In this document: piece by piece, positions 61,299-64,000 of the stretch
Position numbering within the stretch: the first letter of the stretch is position 1
Layout of the letters: every line of letters begins with the position of its first letter
NCBI GenBank assembly: GCA_964350265.1
Contig: CAYGJZ010000002.1
Location: forward strand, 41,007 to 105,006
Source: an uncultured Gammaproteobacteria bacterium
GTDB taxonomy: Bacteria > Pseudomonadota > Gammaproteobacteria > Arenicellales > CAJQKF01
Reading direction: 5' to 3'
Length of the DNA: 64,000 nt
Notes under the pieces: model-generated
The model's input: the letters and a program-made list of their open reading frames with translations, nothing else
What the model was told of the DNA's origin: nothing
Databases searched by the model: none
Translations under genes and position numbers: made by a program

Positions 61299-62276
61299 AT
61301 GAAAATCCTGCCCCGCATGTTGGGCGCAGCATCGGCGCTCGCCCTGTCCGCCAGCCTGACGATGACCCCGGCGCAAGCCGACACCATCGTTGCATCGCAC
61401 TACGGCTTCCTGCTCAACACCGCGCCGATCGCGGTGGCCATTGAACGTGGCGAGTTCTCCAAGCGCGGCATCGAGATCACCGAGGTCATTTCGTCCTCCG
61501 GTGGCGGCACCACCATGCGCAACCAGATCGCCTCCGGCGCCGGCTACGGTGTGGTCGGTACCGCGGCCGCCCTGGCGGCCTACCGGGAAGGTCACGACAT
61601 CCTGATCGTCAGTGCCAACGTGATGTCCCTGGCCGACCTGTTCTGGGTCTCGATGCCGGGCAAGGGCATCAGCTCGATCCAGGATCTTCGCGGCAAGAAG
61701 ATCGCCTACACCAAGCCGCGTTCGACCAGTGAAACCCTGGCCAAGATGGCGGTTGCCGCAGCCGGAATCGACGAGAGCGAAGTGGAACTGATTTCCCTCG
61801 GCAAGGTCGGTGCCGGTCTCGCCGCGCTGGAGCGAGGCGACGTCGACGCGGCGCTGATTCTCGAGCCGTTGTGGAGTGGTCGACAGGGCAAGTACGAGAT
61901 TGCCTTCGACCTGAAGAACCTGCCGCGCATGACGCAGACGGTGGGCGTGACCACCAAGGAATTCACCAAGTCCAACCCGGACAAGCTGCGCGCCATCCTC
62001 GAAGCTCGCCGCGCCGCGGTGGACTACCTCTACGAGCAGCCCGAGGAAGCCGCGAAGCTGGTGGCCAAGGCCTATGGCGAGAAGCTCACCGAGGAAGTGG
62101 CGATCAGCGCGGTGAAGAACATGGTGGCCATCGACTACTGGGGCCGTGGCGGCTTCGACATGCCCGGTCTCGAGGCCATGCTCCAGGGCCTGCGTGACCA
62201 GGGTGCCTGGGAAGGCCCCATTGACTGGGATGACGTCCTTGACCGGTCGTTCCTGCCGGAAGACCTGCGCGGCTGA
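61299..62276 (+). CDS. ABC substrate-binding protein, NMT1/TauA/SsuA-like
   Basis: A signal peptide is present (LGAASALALSASLTMTPAQA). An AGGAG Shine-Dalgarno lies upstream. NitT/TauT-type ATPase and permease genes follow. Confidence 0.8.
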   Translation: MKILPRMLGAASALALSASLTMTPAQADTIVASHYGFLLNTAPIAVAIERGEFSKRGIEITEVISSSGGGTTMRNQIASGAGYGVVGTAAALAAYREGHDILIVSANVMSLADLFWVSMPGKGISSIQDLRGKKIAYTKPRSTSETLAKMAVAAAGIDESEVELISLGKVGAGLAALERGDVDAALILEPLWSGRQGKYEIAFDLKNLPRMTQTVGVTTKEFTKSNPDKLRAILEARRAAVDYLYEQPEEAAKLVAKAYGEKLTEEVAISAVKNMVAIDYWGRGGFDMPGLEAMLQGLRDQGAWEGPIDWDDVLDRSFLPEDLRG

Positions 62277-62300
62277 TTCGGCCCGGGGATAGACCGTCAT

Positions 62301-62340
62301 CGTCGACGGCGCGCAGGGTCCAACCCTCGCGCCGTCGTCG
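62301..62340 (+). other. GC-rich hairpin between binding-protein and ATPase genes
   Basis: The arms are CGACGGCGCGcAGGG and CCCTCGCGCCGTCG (14 bp, one bulge) with loop tccaa. There is no U-tract. Confidence 0.45.
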
Positions 62341-62414
62341 TATCCGTCTGCGCACAACCGCGGTTCGCGGCCCACGACGAGGCCGCGACTCGACATCGAA
62401 AGGGAACATCACCC

Positions 62415-63233
62415 ATGCCAGAATTCGCAACCGCAGCCAATGCGGACGATCGACCGGTCGCCGTGTCGGTACAGAACGTGGAGCATGTGTACGGCGACAC
62501 CGTGCACGCGCTTGGACCCGTAGACCTTGAACTGAAGCAGGGGGAATTCTTTTCCACCATCGGTCCGTCCGGCTGTGGCAAGACCACGTTGCTGGAGGTG
62601 GTGGCCGGGCTGACACAACCCACCGGCGGACAGGTTACCTTCGAAGGATCGGTGGTGTCCGGGGAGGTGCCGGAGGGCGTCGGCATCGTGTTCCAGGACG
62701 ACGCATCTTTTCCCTGGCTGTCGGTCTGGGACAACATCGCCTTTGGCCTGCGCCGTGCAGGCACCGATGGCGCCGAGGTGAAACGACGAGTCGACTATGC
62801 CATCGAGTTCATGGGCCTGAAGGGCTTTGCCGATGCCCGGCCGTCGCAACTCTCCGGCGGCATGCGCCAACGGGTGTGCATTGCGCGCACCTTCGTCCTG
62901 CAGCCACGCCTGATCCTGCTCGACGAGCCCTTCGGGGCCCTCGATCAGCAGACCCGCTTCCTGATGGGTGACGAGCTGCTGAGACTGTGGCGGGAAACCG
63001 GTGCCACGGTGCTGCTGATCACGCACTCCCTCGACGAGGCGGCGCTTTTATCGGACCGCATCGGCATCATGTCCTCCCGTCCGGGTCGCTTCATCGACAT
63101 CTTCACCACCGACTGGCCGGCCGACCGTGACAGCCGGATCGCGTCGAGAGAGGACTTCGGCAAGGTCACCTCGCACCTTTGGCAGCGTCTGCGCGAGGAG
63201 TCGATGAAGGCCATGGGGGAGGGGGCACGTTGA
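62415..63233 (+). CDS. ABC ATP-binding protein, NitT/TauT (TauB/SsuB-like)
   Basis: Walker A is GPSGCGKTT, the signature is [12 protein letters not shown] and Walker B is ILLDEP. Confidence 0.9.
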   Translation: MPEFATAANADDRPVAVSVQNVEHVYGDTVHALGPVDLELKQGEFFSTIGPSGCGKTTLLEVVAGLTQPTGGQVTFEGSVVSGEVPEGVGIVFQDDASFPWLSVWDNIAFGLRRAGTDGAEVKRRVDYAIEFMGLKGFADARPSQLSGGMRQRVCIARTFVLQPRLILLDEPFGALDQQTRFLMGDELLRLWRETGATVLLITHSLDEAALLSDRIGIMSSRPGRFIDIFTTDWPADRDSRIASREDFGKVTSHLWQRLREESMKAMGEGAR

Positions 63234-64000
63234 ACGCCAATGCCACCACCATACGCATCACCCTGCTGGTCTCGGCAGTGTTGCTGCTCGAGCTGCTGTG
63301 CCGGATCGGCACCATCAGTCCCCTGCAGCTGACCGCGCCGTCGGTGATGGTGACCACCCTGTTCGGATTGATGGGAGAGGCAGAGTTCTGGGGGCATGCG
63401 TTCAAGACCATCCGCAACATCATCATCGCCATCGCGCTGGCGACCAGCCTGGGCTTCCTGATCGGACTGACCCTGTACCGGTGGCCGCGTCTGCGTCGAG
63501 CCACCGAACCGGTGATTGCCAGCTACTATGCGCTGCCGTTCTTCGTGCTGTATCCGCTGGCCATCGTGATCATCGGCATGAACGACGCGTCGATCATCCT
63601 GATGGGCTTCGCCTATGCCCTGGTCGCGATGATCACCAATACGCTCAGCGGTCTTGACCGGATACCGCCGGTATTGGCGAAGACCGGCCGCACCTACCGC
63701 ATGGGACGCGTGGAAACCGCGCTCAAGCTGCAGTTGCCGGCGGCAGCACCCTACATCTTCACTGGCATCAAGTTGGTGCTCGGCTATGGCATGGCCGGTG
63801 TTATCGGCTCGGAGTTCATCCTCTCGACATCGGGGGTCGGCTACTCCATCGCATTCGCCTACGAGGGCTTCGAAAGCGAACGCATGTACGCGTTGCTGCT
63901 GTTCGTGATCCTGCTGGTGACGCTGTTCCTGACCGCGGTGAACCGGCTGGAGAAGCGTTCCCAGTTCACCGCCGGCGCGGCCTGGACGGTGTCGACCGCG
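63230..64000 (+). CDS. ABC permease, TauC/SsuC-like (3' end outside window)
   Basis: This ORF is not in the ORF track because no stop is reached. I translated by hand from TTG 63230, which overlaps the ATPase stop. The product is hydrophobic and carries the EAA-type loop LDRIPPVLAKTGRTYRMGRVETALKLQLPAAAPYIFTG. Confidence 0.8.
   Translation, partial: MNANATTIRITLLVSAVLLLELLCRIGTISPLQLTAPSVMVTTLFGLMGEAEFWGHAFKTIRNIIIAIALATSLGFLIGLTLYRWPRLRRATEPVIASYYALPFFVLYPLAIVIIGMNDASIILMGFAYALVAMITNTLSGLDRIPPVLAKTGRTYRMGRVETALKLQLPAAAPYIFTGIKLVLGYGMAGVIGSEFILSTSGVGYSIAFAYEGFESERMYALLLFVILLVTLFLTAVNRLEKRSQFTAGAAWTVSTA

Noticed and set aside
1-64000. Searched by eye for CRISPR-like spaced repeats, tRNA/rRNA-like conserved stretches, transposase/integrase/recombinase ORFs, terminal inverted repeats, toxin-antitoxin pairs and known defence-system gene signatures.
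   Set aside because: I found none. All sizeable ORFs with coherent composition resolve to metabolic, transport or regulatory families. This was a visual scan only, so tRNAscan, Infernal or IS-finder runs could still reveal small elements I missed.

Overview
This is a gene-dense 64-kb chromosomal segment, roughly two-thirds G+C by eye, that looks proteobacterial. I call about 60 protein-coding genes. I found no rRNA, tRNA, CRISPR array, transposase or integrase by reading. The content is almost entirely accessory catabolism plus uptake. There are four ABC importers (13095-17081; dpp-like 26855-32775; FecCD-type 51172-54944; taurine/sulfonate-like 61299 to the window end) and one TRAP transporter (39414-42375). 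Regulators comprise three GntR-family proteins, one HxlR-type protein and one alpha/beta-hydrolase::LuxR fusion. A thiol/organosulfur theme runs through the window: two paralogous multi-rhodanese proteins, two cysteine-dioxygenase-like cupins, a GST, a GGT-like enzyme, a TauD-family dioxygenase and AcuI. The strongest signals are non-coding. (1) The exact AT-rich palindrome TAACATGTTA occurs four times, with ACATG-core variants at more sites, and sits in every promoter region of a 17-kb block of uncharacterised catabolic operons (7.1-24.1 kb). This suggests an undescribed regulon. (2) A 24-bp perfect palindrome lies in front of an orphan diiron-carboxylate protein gene. (3) GAACCA(A/T)T operator arrays link a GGT-like/TRAP/ALDH/ADH/RidA operon to a divergent five-gene operon with the full gene set of the levulinate/4-hydroxyacid (lva) pathway in a new order. 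Coding oddities include an SDR with all four catalytic-tetrad residues replaced, a DppC-like permease with a ~130-aa periplasmic insertion, an ABC importer with two unrelated binding proteins, a GST gene bracketed by an imperfect direct repeat, and a possible Cys-rich 35-codon mini-ORF coupled to a cysteine-dioxygenase-like cupin. All functional calls come from motif recognition by eye. No database search was run.
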